From NCBI GenBank assembly GCA_913057245.1, contig CAJXNH010000020.1, positions 1 through 64,000 on the forward strand: a stretch of DNA of 64,000 nucleotides, written 5' to 3'. Shown here piece after piece: positions 29,559-38,700 of the stretch (positions are counted from its first letter, which is position 1; each line of letters begins with the position of its first letter). The translations under genes and the position numbers were made by a program. The stretch comes from an uncultured Phaeodactylibacter sp. GTDB lineage: Bacteria > Bacteroidota > Bacteroidia > Chitinophagales > Saprospiraceae. Under the pieces are notes generated by a model. It was given only the letters and a program-made list of their open reading frames with translations, was not told where the DNA came from and ran no database searches.

Positions 29559-31358
29559 ATGAAGTACTTATACCTAACCATCCTGCTTTGGGGCCTTAGC
29601 CTTTCGGCGAAAGCCAACTGCCCCGGCTGTACCGTCAATCTCCCCGCTCTCCCGGAGGATACCATCTACATTTCGGCTGCCCCGGACGGGCAGGTCGGCC
29701 AATTTTACAGCGAAGACCTGTCGTTCCGCCTGCCGCAAACCACCACGCCGGTCAATGCCACCGACCCGGATACGCCTCCGGGGCTACCCATTTCCCAAAT
29801 GACGATCAGCTCTGTGGCGAATGTGCCGCCCGGACTGCAGTGGGAAGCCAATCAGCTGGCTTTTGACGTTAGCGAAAATACGGATGGCTGTGTGCGCTTC
29901 TGCGGTACCCCCCTGATTCCGGGGCTGTATGAGGTGGAAGTCATTATTTCAGCCCAGGTTTTGGTGGCTACGCAAACCTCGGCGGTGACCATTCCTATTC
30001 TTATTCTGCCCGGACAAGTCATTTCAGAAGGCTTCACTATCGACAATACCTCAGGCTGCGGGGAGGTGGTGGCCAATTTCACCAATAATCTGCCTTCCAA
30101 CGGCACCGATGGCTTCAGCTATATCTGGGATTTCGGTAACGGGCAAAGTTCTGCTGCTGAAAATCCGGGCACGCAGGTTTACGATACGCCCGGCGAGTAC
30201 GGCGTAAGCTATCAGGCGATTGTGGACACCTTCGGGCATCAGCTGACGGAGGTGGTCATCACGGATGTAGATTGTAATGATATCTTCGGAGGCGCGCCCG
30301 ATCTCGTCCTGGAAGTCTACAACCCCCTGGGCGACAAAGTTTTTGCTTCTGATGTGGTGCAGAATGCCAGCTTGCCTGTTGTTTTTGCGCCCGGCATTTT
30401 TATTGAAAACGGTCCCTACCAGATTCAGGTCGTGGATGACGATCAGGGGCTGGACGGAGGCGATGACGTCTGCGGCATTTTCGGCTTTGTGCAAACCTCC
30501 AATGGCGAGCTGGAAGACGATGGCGCTACGGTAGACATTACCATCATCAATCCTGTTGACACCATCCGCTCTGAGGGCATCATAACGGTCTACGAGCAAC
30601 CGGAAAAGCCCGAACTGCAGGGCTATAGCGGTGAGGATCTCTGCGATGGCGACTCCCTGACGCTGATGACCAACTACACGGAAAACACCCAATGGTACCT
30701 CGACACCGTGCCCCTGTTTGAGGCGAATGGTGATCTGCTCTCTGTGGGCGAAAGCGGCTTCTACTGGGTCACCTATACCAATGCCGATGGCTGCAGCGCC
30801 ACTTCTGATACGCTCTTGTTGGATTTCAATGACCTGCCGGCTTTCCCCATCTTCCAAATTGAGCAAAACCTGCTCTTTCTGCTGGATCCGGACACCCTGC
30901 CTGATCCCTACGAGCTGCAGTGGTACCTGGATGAGCAGCCCCTGGAAGGTGGCAATGATTTGGAATACTGCATCAGCACCTCAGGGAGTTACACCCTGGA
31001 GGTAGTCAATCCGCTTACGGGCTGCAGCCGTTCGTACACCCAAAGTATAACCTACGACCCCGATTTCCCCAACTGCATGCCGGTAAGTGTGGAAGAGGCG
31101 GCACTTCAGGGCATAAAGGCCTACCCAACGCTGCTTGCCCCCGGTGCGCCGGTTTGGATCAGCGGGGATGTGGCAGGTGGCCCAATGAACATCCGGTTGA
31201 TGAATACGCTTGGGCAACAGCTGCAATTGTGGAGGTTGGAAGGGGGCGATGTTGGCGAAACGCTGCGGCTCGACCTCCCGATATTAGCCACCGGCGTACA
31301 TTATTTACAAATTCAGACCAAAGCAGGGGGGAAGACGATCCCGGTCGTCATTCAATAG
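29559..31358 (+). CDS. T9SS-secreted PKD-domain protein
   Basis: Signal peptide MKYLYLTILLWGLSLSAKA, a PKD-like motif (YIWDFGNGQSSAAENPGTQVYDTPGEYGVSY), and a C-terminal CTD (...IKAYPTLLAPGAPVWIS...GVHYLQIQTKAGGKTIPVVIQ). Confidence 0.75.
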   Translation: MKYLYLTILLWGLSLSAKANCPGCTVNLPALPEDTIYISAAPDGQVGQFYSEDLSFRLPQTTTPVNATDPDTPPGLPISQMTISSVANVPPGLQWEANQLAFDVSENTDGCVRFCGTPLIPGLYEVEVIISAQVLVATQTSAVTIPILILPGQVISEGFTIDNTSGCGEVVANFTNNLPSNGTDGFSYIWDFGNGQSSAAENPGTQVYDTPGEYGVSYQAIVDTFGHQLTEVVITDVDCNDIFGGAPDLVLEVYNPLGDKVFASDVVQNASLPVVFAPGIFIENGPYQIQVVDDDQGLDGGDDVCGIFGFVQTSNGELEDDGATVDITIINPVDTIRSEGIITVYEQPEKPELQGYSGEDLCDGDSLTLMTNYTENTQWYLDTVPLFEANGDLLSVGESGFYWVTYTNADGCSATSDTLLLDFNDLPAFPIFQIEQNLLFLLDPDTLPDPYELQWYLDEQPLEGGNDLEYCISTSGSYTLEVVNPLTGCSRSYTQSITYDPDFPNCMPVSVEEAALQGIKAYPTLLAPGAPVWISGDVAGGPMNIRLMNTLGQQLQLWRLEGGDVGETLRLDLPILATGVHYLQIQTKAGGKTIPVVIQ

Positions 31359-31651
31359 GCTCCTGAAAGAGGAGCATAAAAAAGATTGTGTCTTAACTGT
31401 TAAAATATATAAAAAATCATATATTGAGGGGCTAAACAAGCAAGAGCAACCTAAAAAGCCATGGCGCGGTGTTCGGTCCGGAGCAGCTACTGATTTGGTA
31501 CTCAGCAGGGTATTCGAAAAAAGTGTAGCTTTGCGGGCTAAACACTGCGCATAATCCCAAACTGAATTTGGCACCGCAAGTCTGAACTCCAGGTCTTAGA
31601 TAGTCGGTCCGATGGTGGAATATCCCACCGTACTCTTGCGAACCCTGAATT

Positions 31652-33580
31652 ATGACAGTTGAGATTAGAAGAAAAGAAATAGGCAACCTTCTACTTGAGA
31701 ACATCCCGGATATCCCTGTCCTGCTGAAAGACCGGCTTCAGTTGTATCAGCAGACACGCGAGGCGGCTTTGGCCGATTGGCTGCCCGATGGCAGTGGGTT
31801 ACTGATCTCAACCCGGTTTGGAGAAGCTGCACAGATTCACGAAGTGGTCCGCCCCGGGCACTTCCGTAAACAACTGACCTTTTTTGACGAGCCCGTTTAT
31901 ATTGCCCGCACCTGCCCCGATGCTGACCGTCAGGGTTTTTTGTTTGCGCGGGATACGGGTGGCAATGAGGCTTATCAGTTGTACTTCTATGATTTGCGAA
32001 AGCAGGAATACCGAATGCTGACGGATGGGGAATCCAAGCACAGCAGTGGCGTATGGAACCGGGAGGGCAGCGCTTTTATTTACAGCAGCACCAAGCGCAA
32101 CGGTATTGATCAGGATTTGTACCTCTACGACCTGGCTGGTGGTACAGGTGAACGACTGGTCTTTACCGGCAAGGGCTATTGGTACCCGGTCGCCTGGGCA
32201 TCAGGCGGGCGGTATGTGACCGTCATTAACTACCGGTCGATCAATGAAAGCCACCTGCATATCCTGGATGTGGAGACCGGGGCATTGGAAACCATTCAGG
32301 CGGATCCGAATATTGCCTGTCGCTCCGGCAGCTGGTCCGCCGATGGCCGCCGGATTTTCTACACGTCTGATGCGGATAGCGAATGGCGCGGGCTGATGGT
32401 TTACGACCTGGATACACAATCGAAGCAAAAGATTACTCAGGGGCTGGACTGGGAAGTGGAAGGCTTGCAGCTTTCCGCGGATGGCACACAGCTGGCCTTT
32501 GTCATCAATAAGAACGGCATTTCCGAATTGTACCTTTACGATACGGCGCAGGCGTGCTACGAGCGGGTTGAAGTTCTGCCGGAAGGCGTCATTGCCGATA
32601 TGCGCTGGCATCCCAAAACGCTGCGCCTTGCCCTGACCATCAATACGCCACAGGCGCCGGCCGATGCCTATGTGCTGGATGTTGAAACGATGGACCTGCA
32701 GCAGTGGACCTTTTCAGAAGTGGGTGGATTAGACCGCAAAGGGTTTGTCAAGCCCAGGCTCATTCATTATCCGACTTTTGATCAGGTAGGGGGTAAAGAC
32801 CGGGAGATTCCTGCCTTTTACTACCGGCCGGAGCACAAAAACGCGCCCATGCCGGTGCTGATTTACATCCACGGCGGCCCGGAGAGTCAGTTTCGGCCCG
32901 GCTTTTCACCGGCTTTTCAGTACTACCTTAAAGAACTTGGGGTGGCTGTGCTCGCTCCCAATGTGCGGGGCTCTTCGGGCTATGGGAAGCACTACCTCAA
33001 GCTGGATAATGGCTTTAAGCGGGAGGATTCTGTGCGGGACATCGGGGCGCTGCTGGACTGGATTGAACAGCAGCCTGAGCTGGACAGCCATCGTGTGGCG
33101 GTTATGGGCGGTTCCTACGGTGGCTACATGGTGCTGGCGAGCATGTCGCACTACAACGACCGTCTTTGTTGCGGGATTGATATCGTGGGGATCAGCAACT
33201 TCATTACCTTCCTGAAGAATACCAAGTCTTACCGCCGCGATCTGCGCCGGGTGGAGTACGGGGATGAGCGTGATCCGGCTATGCGCCGGCATCTGGAGCA
33301 GATTTCTCCGACGACTAATGCTCATAAGATTACCAAGCCGATGCTCATCGTGCAGGGGCAGAATGACCCCCGGGTGCCGGCCAGTGAGGCGGAGCAAATG
33401 CTGCGGGCAATCCGTAAGAATGGGGGAGAGGCCTGGTACCTGCTGGCTAAGGATGAGGGGCATGGCTTCCGGAAAAAGTCGAACCGTGATTTTTACAATC
33501 AGGCGGTGATCTTGTTTCTGCAGACTTATCTGATGCAGCCGCTGGAGGTGGGGGTGCCTGAGGCGTTGGTGACGACTTAG
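31652..33580 (+). CDS. S9 family serine peptidase (prolyl oligopeptidase/dipeptidyl-peptidase-like) with N-terminal beta-propeller
   Basis: 642 aa. The C-terminal alpha/beta-hydrolase carries the nucleophile elbow GGSYGGYM, with Asp/His downstream (...QGQNDPRVP...DEGHGF). Confidence 0.8.
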   Translation: MTVEIRRKEIGNLLLENIPDIPVLLKDRLQLYQQTREAALADWLPDGSGLLISTRFGEAAQIHEVVRPGHFRKQLTFFDEPVYIARTCPDADRQGFLFARDTGGNEAYQLYFYDLRKQEYRMLTDGESKHSSGVWNREGSAFIYSSTKRNGIDQDLYLYDLAGGTGERLVFTGKGYWYPVAWASGGRYVTVINYRSINESHLHILDVETGALETIQADPNIACRSGSWSADGRRIFYTSDADSEWRGLMVYDLDTQSKQKITQGLDWEVEGLQLSADGTQLAFVINKNGISELYLYDTAQACYERVEVLPEGVIADMRWHPKTLRLALTINTPQAPADAYVLDVETMDLQQWTFSEVGGLDRKGFVKPRLIHYPTFDQVGGKDREIPAFYYRPEHKNAPMPVLIYIHGGPESQFRPGFSPAFQYYLKELGVAVLAPNVRGSSGYGKHYLKLDNGFKREDSVRDIGALLDWIEQQPELDSHRVAVMGGSYGGYMVLASMSHYNDRLCCGIDIVGISNFITFLKNTKSYRRDLRRVEYGDERDPAMRRHLEQISPTTNAHKITKPMLIVQGQNDPRVPASEAEQMLRAIRKNGGEAWYLLAKDEGHGFRKKSNRDFYNQAVILFLQTYLMQPLEVGVPEALVTT

Positions 33581-33629
33581 GGCTTTTATTGTTCCTGTTT
33601 CAGGGGTTTTTCCTTAAGGTTTTATTGAA

Positions 33630-33960
33630 TAGGGTGCGACTTCTACGAAGTCGTTGGGCTTTGTTGGTGTGGGGGTGAGTAGGATGCGACTTCTACGAAG
33701 TCGTTGGGTCTTCTTTTTGTGGAGGTTGAGTAAGGTGCGACTTCTGCGAAGTCGGTGGGCTTTGTTGTTGCCTGGGTTAGAAGGGTGCGACTTCTACGAA
33801 GTCGGTGGGCTGAGCTGATGTCGGGTATATAAAGATGTGCCTTCTCCGAAGTCTGACCGCCCTTTCCATATAGCTTTGTGACTCTATCTGGCTTCGCCGT
33901 GCAGACAGGTTCTGCGAATTCGGTGGGTTGCGATGTTGCCGGGGATACAAAATTACAGAT
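33630..33960. repeat. tandem array of ~50-bp direct repeats (4 good and 2 degenerate copies), each containing the palindrome GCGACTTC-TACG-GAAGTCG
   Basis: Units start near 33632, 33683, 33735 and 33783, with decayed copies at about 33836 and 33900. Both the palindromic core (rGGTGCGACTTCTACGAAGTCGkTGGGCT) and the T-rich/G-rich 'spacer' (ttgttggtgtgggggtgagta vs ttctttttgtggaggttgagta vs ttgttgttgcctgggttagaa) are conserved between units. Confidence 0.8.
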
Positions 33961-34216
33961 AAGTTATTGAATGATTGTGTATAACAAATTGCACAAAAAC
34001 AGAAAGTGACCACCGGTTATCAAAGTGCGATAGCTGCTGGGGTATAGCTTCCCGCTCTGCTCCAGCTTATCCACGAGATGCATAGGCAGGGCGCTCAACT
34101 CTGCACATCAGAAGCTTGTTAGGTGTTCTGTACTCAGGTGGCCGAATTCTTAGATATGCGAGTCACGGTATTACCAATTTACCCGAACCAGGTCAAAACC
34201 ACAAATCAAAGCTCGA

Positions 34217-35545
34217 ATGGCGATAGAAAAATCAACACCGGCTTCCGGCCTTTCCAGGAGAGGGGCTCCCCTGGCGGCCTCCGCTGCCCGGGTGGACATG
34301 GACCTCTTCTTTGAAGCTGCTCAAAATCTGTACGATCCGGAGGAGAATCCCGAAGGGTACTTCACCCTGAATGTGGCGGAGAATGCCCTGATGATCCCGA
34401 TGATGAAGGCGCGCATAGATGAAATTTTGCAGCAGGGCGATGTTCCCGAATGGGCTTTCCAGTATACCGATCCGAATGGGCACCCGGAGGTCCGGGAGAC
34501 CGTAGCTGCATTTATGGAGCAATACCTGTGCCAATGTCCCATTGCGCCTGATTCCATCGCCTTTTCTGCCGGTGCTGCAGCGACCATAGAGGTAAGTACA
34601 TTTATGCTGGCAGACGAAGGGGATGTGGTGGTGATTCCGGCTCCCGCTTACCCCATGTACACCAATGATGTGGGCTTGAAAAGCGGATTGCAGCGCTATG
34701 ATTTGCAAACGCATTACCACCCTGCTGATCATGGTGATATTTCCCCATTAACCACTGCACATCTGGATGCTGCCTGGGCGGACATCAGCGGGCAGGGTCA
34801 GAGGTTCAAAATCCTGTTGCTGACCTCACCGGATAACCCCACCGGCTGCATGTACTCGGAACAACAGCTGAGGGAGATTGCCGAGTGGTGCATGGCGCAT
34901 GAGGTGCACCTGGTTGTCAGTGAAATTTATGGTTTGTCGTTGGTGAATATCGAGGACGATGACATCCGGGCAGATTATACGCCGGCAACGGTGCCCCAAT
35001 CTTTCGCACAGCTCATGGCGGAGCTTCAAAGCGATTACCTGCACCTCTGGTATGCCCTGTCCAAGGATTTTGCCATGTCCGGATTCCGGTTTGGTATCGT
35101 ACATTCCTTGAATGAAAGCTTCCTAAAGGGTTTTGGGAATGTCAATATCCCGCAGATGGTCTCCAACCTTGCGCAGTGGGTAATCGGGGAGCTGATGAAA
35201 GATCACGCCTTCCTGGAGCGCTACATCGTAACCAACAAGGCCCGCCTTACCGGGAGCTACAAAGCAGTCGTCAAGGCCCTTCGGGAGTTGGAAGTGCCCT
35301 ACGTCCCCAGCCGCGGTAGCCTGTTTGTGTGGGCCGATTTTTCCAAATACCTAAAAGAGGATAGCGAAAAGGGGCAGGAAGACCTTTGGATGGACATTTA
35401 CCACAGTACCGGCATATTGCTGACGCCCGGTGCCGGATTCCAGCATAAGAAGTATGGGGTGTTTAGGATAGTGTATACTACATTGCCTTTGAGCCATTTG
35501 GAGGTGGCGCTGGAGCGGTTGAAGGGCTATTTTAGGAACGGCTAA
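34217..35545 (+). CDS. PLP-dependent aminotransferase, class I/II (ACC-synthase-like subfamily)
   Basis: TLNVAENALM..., the PLP-lysine region LWYALSKDFAMSGFRFGIV (SxxKxxxxxGxRxG), and a fold-type I pattern throughout. The start may be at MDLFFEAAQ (34298). Confidence 0.75.
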   Translation: MAIEKSTPASGLSRRGAPLAASAARVDMDLFFEAAQNLYDPEENPEGYFTLNVAENALMIPMMKARIDEILQQGDVPEWAFQYTDPNGHPEVRETVAAFMEQYLCQCPIAPDSIAFSAGAAATIEVSTFMLADEGDVVVIPAPAYPMYTNDVGLKSGLQRYDLQTHYHPADHGDISPLTTAHLDAAWADISGQGQRFKILLLTSPDNPTGCMYSEQQLREIAEWCMAHEVHLVVSEIYGLSLVNIEDDDIRADYTPATVPQSFAQLMAELQSDYLHLWYALSKDFAMSGFRFGIVHSLNESFLKGFGNVNIPQMVSNLAQWVIGELMKDHAFLERYIVTNKARLTGSYKAVVKALRELEVPYVPSRGSLFVWADFSKYLKEDSEKGQEDLWMDIYHSTGILLTPGAGFQHKKYGVFRIVYTTLPLSHLEVALERLKGYFRNG

Positions 35546-35837
35546 GGCAGCTTAATAACAGATAGAAACAGCAATACCCCACTTTTTCAAGCTTTTGCCC
35601 TGTCGTCCAGTTTCCCACTGGGCGATAGGTTTCCTAAGCCTGGTCTATATTAACCCATCACCTCGCTGGAAGCGCGACGACGGGAGTGGGGCGAAGTCAA
35701 TGCAAAAAACATAATACTCACTCAGTCAGCAGCACCACTGACACCCGCTGCCCGCACACTCGTTCAGTAGTCGCCCGGGCTTACAGGAGGATTCGTATCT
35801 TTCTGCCGTTTCCAGGATATGTTAAACCTTGTAGCTT

Positions 35838-37616
35838 ATGACTAAATGCGCGCTTACGCTGATTGTGGGGCTGTTTTTGAGCTTGAATGTGCTGGCACAA
35901 AAGGTAGATGCTGACCTTCCGGCGGAAGTGGTCTATGAGATGAAGCGACAAATATTAAAACGATACGCATACTTTAGCAGCTTAGCTTTAAGTAATAACT
36001 ATAGGGAATCAGACAGAATTTCATCCCATAATAGGGTGAAAAATGTTGACAATGTAGTATTTGGATATTTTACGGATTTGCCTAAGATGTATATTAGAAA
36101 ATCGGGCTTAGGAGCTGTTCCTGGATCCAATTTCCACTTATTTGAAGTGGGATTTAATCGTATACCAGAAAACAAAGACATAAATGATTGGTCAGCGGGA
36201 CAGATAAAAAGGCTTTTTCAGGATAAACTTGGATTGTTTTTAGTGGATATAGATACTAAGGTTGTCATGCCTATTTATCCTACCTTTAAAAATGACATCA
36301 TAGCATACTTTAATTCTGTGCCTAATCGCCCTGATTCATATGTATTTTTTGTTAAAGCTTTGTCTTACTTGGATGAGGATGTAGAAGTTAATATTGATCG
36401 ATCGTCGGAGGACTCTATTTTTATAAATAGGATTAGGCGAACAGAAGATGGTTTTTTAAGCCATTATAGGTATCAATTTTCATTTGATGATCCAGGGAAC
36501 TATAAAATTGAGAAAATAAAAATTCCCAAACCCAAACAAGCGAAAGTTGAACTCGCTCCTCGGTCAAGCGCATACCCTAAGCTTGAAATTCCTGACTTCA
36601 GCGGCACAGAAGACAAAAAGCGCTATCTCTTCGAAGCCCTTATGGAGAACCTCTACCTCTATAAATTTCATCAAAAAGTCAGCGCTTTGCCTGATAGTGT
36701 AGACCCGGAGACTTTGTTAGACAGCCTAATTCCAGACTACGATGTATACCTGCCTCGTATGTACCACCTGAGGTATGGCTGCTGCTGGGTAAGTGAGCCA
36801 CGGGTAGCGGATTTGCAGGCAAGGCTGCCAGAGATGATGAGCTTTAGCTATGATTATGAGAGGGAGCCTTATCTTAACGGAACTATCGATTATAAATTTG
36901 TTTCGGCTGAACACCGGTTTTATTATCGTGATATCGAGTATTATAAAATCTACGTGGACACCCTGCTTTTATGGCACAAGAGAGAAGACTCACAGTTTGC
37001 GGATTCCATTAGCTGGGACGGTTTTAACAATGACAACATTTATGATACCTACTATCAGCCCCAATGGAAAGCCATAACCGAAAGGGCGTTGCGTTATTCC
37101 TATCCTTTAGTAGTAAGCCCGGAGCCATTGCCAGCAAGGTACCTTTCCCAATGCGCCTGGGCTAACAGTCTAGGCGCGGCTAATAACCACTATGACTATC
37201 CCTATCATTACATCAAGCAGCCTCGTGCCAATCATTATCTGCTGGCATTGGACACGGAGACCCGGGATGTGTACTTCATAAGCGGGAAAGATATCTTTTT
37301 GACCAAAACTGTCCCTTTATATCTGCCCTATGTGGAGGACAAGGAGGCCAGGAGGCGTGTTCCTGTGCATCGTGATCCTGATTACAGCTACCTCTATAAG
37401 AAAGGAGATTGGCGAATGCTGTTCACCTACATTCAAGACCGCCTCTACCGCTACCTGGTAGAACGGCTGGACCGCAGCAACGTCATCTACGAAGATGAGG
37501 AGAAGGTAGTGCTGCGCTGTAAGGGGAAGGAGTACCAGTACCTAAAAGAAATCGAACTGGAAGTCACCCTCTACTTTGATGATCCGGAGAATTTGGAGGT
37601 CCGGAAATTAGAATAA
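35838..37616 (+). CDS. secreted hypothetical protein, Tyr-rich, partly encoded by an AT-rich segment
   Basis: 592 aa with a signal peptide (MTKCALTLIVGLFLSLNVLAQ). About 36.0-37.1 kb is markedly AT-rich relative to its flanks. No recognisable family. The last ~24 codons are duplicated at 41176-41256. Confidence 0.6.
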   Translation: MTKCALTLIVGLFLSLNVLAQKVDADLPAEVVYEMKRQILKRYAYFSSLALSNNYRESDRISSHNRVKNVDNVVFGYFTDLPKMYIRKSGLGAVPGSNFHLFEVGFNRIPENKDINDWSAGQIKRLFQDKLGLFLVDIDTKVVMPIYPTFKNDIIAYFNSVPNRPDSYVFFVKALSYLDEDVEVNIDRSSEDSIFINRIRRTEDGFLSHYRYQFSFDDPGNYKIEKIKIPKPKQAKVELAPRSSAYPKLEIPDFSGTEDKKRYLFEALMENLYLYKFHQKVSALPDSVDPETLLDSLIPDYDVYLPRMYHLRYGCCWVSEPRVADLQARLPEMMSFSYDYEREPYLNGTIDYKFVSAEHRFYYRDIEYYKIYVDTLLLWHKREDSQFADSISWDGFNNDNIYDTYYQPQWKAITERALRYSYPLVVSPEPLPARYLSQCAWANSLGAANNHYDYPYHYIKQPRANHYLLALDTETRDVYFISGKDIFLTKTVPLYLPYVEDKEARRRVPVHRDPDYSYLYKKGDWRMLFTYIQDRLYRYLVERLDRSNVIYEDEEKVVLRCKGKEYQYLKEIELEVTLYFDDPENLEVRKLE

Positions 37617-38700
37617 AAAAACAGCCACAGTCCGGGACTCCGGGCTGTGGCTGTACTATGCAAACAATAGGTTCGTCAGAAAATTTACTGCCGCACCACC
37701 TTTAGTACTTCCCGGTAGCCATCCTGCGTGAAGACTTCCAGGAAGTAAAGCCCTGCGGGCAGATAGCTGGCGTCCCAGTCTATGGACTGCTCTCCTTCGC
37801 GCAGGGGCGTTTGAGCCAGCTGCTGCCCAAACTCATTGAACAGAGCCGCTGTACCATCCGCTGGAAGTGCTGCAGAGAATTGCAGGGTGAAGGTACGGCG
37901 CACGGGGTTGGGCACTATGGTGGCCTTGAGGACCTCGGGCTGCGCGTTTTCCCAGTATAGGCTGTCGGGGGCGGAAAGATTGATACCGCCTGAATTGTTT
38001 CGGAAGCGAATATCCCCAAAGGTCGCAGAAGCGGAGCCGTTCGGGTCAGTGGCAAATACGGCCAGCCCCATTTCCACACACGAGTTCATGGGCAGGTAAG
38101 CCTGATAAAAGGTTTGCCAGGAGCCATTGCTGCTGGAACGGTACCGGGCGCGAATCAAGTCGCCGTCACGTTGCAGGCGCAGCCAATAAGGGAAAGACGC
38201 CTGTATCAGCGTGCTGCTTTTAGGCCCGTTGTCTGTAGTACGGATTTCCCGCCGGATCAAATTGGTGAGGTTAGAATACACCGCTACCATCTTAGCGCCC
38301 GGGGCATCGCTCTCGCGTATCATCAGTCCGGCGTAACCGCCGTCCACGCTTTCGATACGTGCCTGAATACCACCGTCATTGCACAGCTCTATGTTTGCAA
38401 AAGCGAGGTTGTCGGCATTTTGAGTCAGGAGGTTGTAGCTGCCGGTGCTTATGGTCAAGTCACCGTTGTTGGGGCTATCGGCAGAGCAGAGGCTGTAGTT
38501 GAAGTCGCTGCCATCTCCCTGATCCCCAATATTGGTTGCCGACCATCCTGCAGGCAGTGCGTTGCCTTCCTCTACGGAAACAGTAGCGCTGCATTGGTCT
38601 GATGCACCATTGAAATCGGTGATGGTGTAGGTGACATTAATGGTACTGCCAATGTCATCACAGTCGAAGAAGCTCTGGCTGATGGATTCTGAAGCAAGCC
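37546..38700. repeat. segmental duplication copy A (near-identical to 41176-42334)
   Basis: Both copies share the same sequence from 'aaagaaatcgaactggaagtcaccc' through the terminator hairpin and the 3' 1.04 kb of the minus-strand gene. The embedded ORFs 37836..38099/38114..38602 are identical to 41475..41738/41753..42241 in the ORF track. The copies diverge after 'gaagcaagccc' (38700 / 42334). Confidence 0.9.
37614..37656. terminator. bidirectional Rho-independent terminator
   Basis: AAAAAAA-ACAGCCACAGTCCGG-gac-TCCGGGCTGTGGCTGT is a stem of about 15 bp with one mismatch. There is an A-run on the plus side (a T-run for the minus-strand gene ending at 37685). It also lies 1 nt after the stop of the plus gene. 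Confidence 0.7.

Noticed and set aside
33630-33960. Possible CRISPR array (27-bp palindromic repeat with ~24-bp 'spacers')
   Set aside because: The 'spacers' are themselves conserved from unit to unit (ttgttggtgtgggggtgagta / ttctttttgtggaggttgagta / ttgttgttgcctgggttagaa). The whole ~50-bp unit is repeated, which is a tandem duplication rather than a repeat-spacer array. No cas genes are nearby.
37836-38602. Plus-strand ORFs 37836..38099 and 38114..38602, with identical twins at 41475..41738 and 41753..42241
   Set aside because: They lie antisense inside the giant minus-strand genes and are identical only because they sit in the duplicated segment. They are not independent genes.
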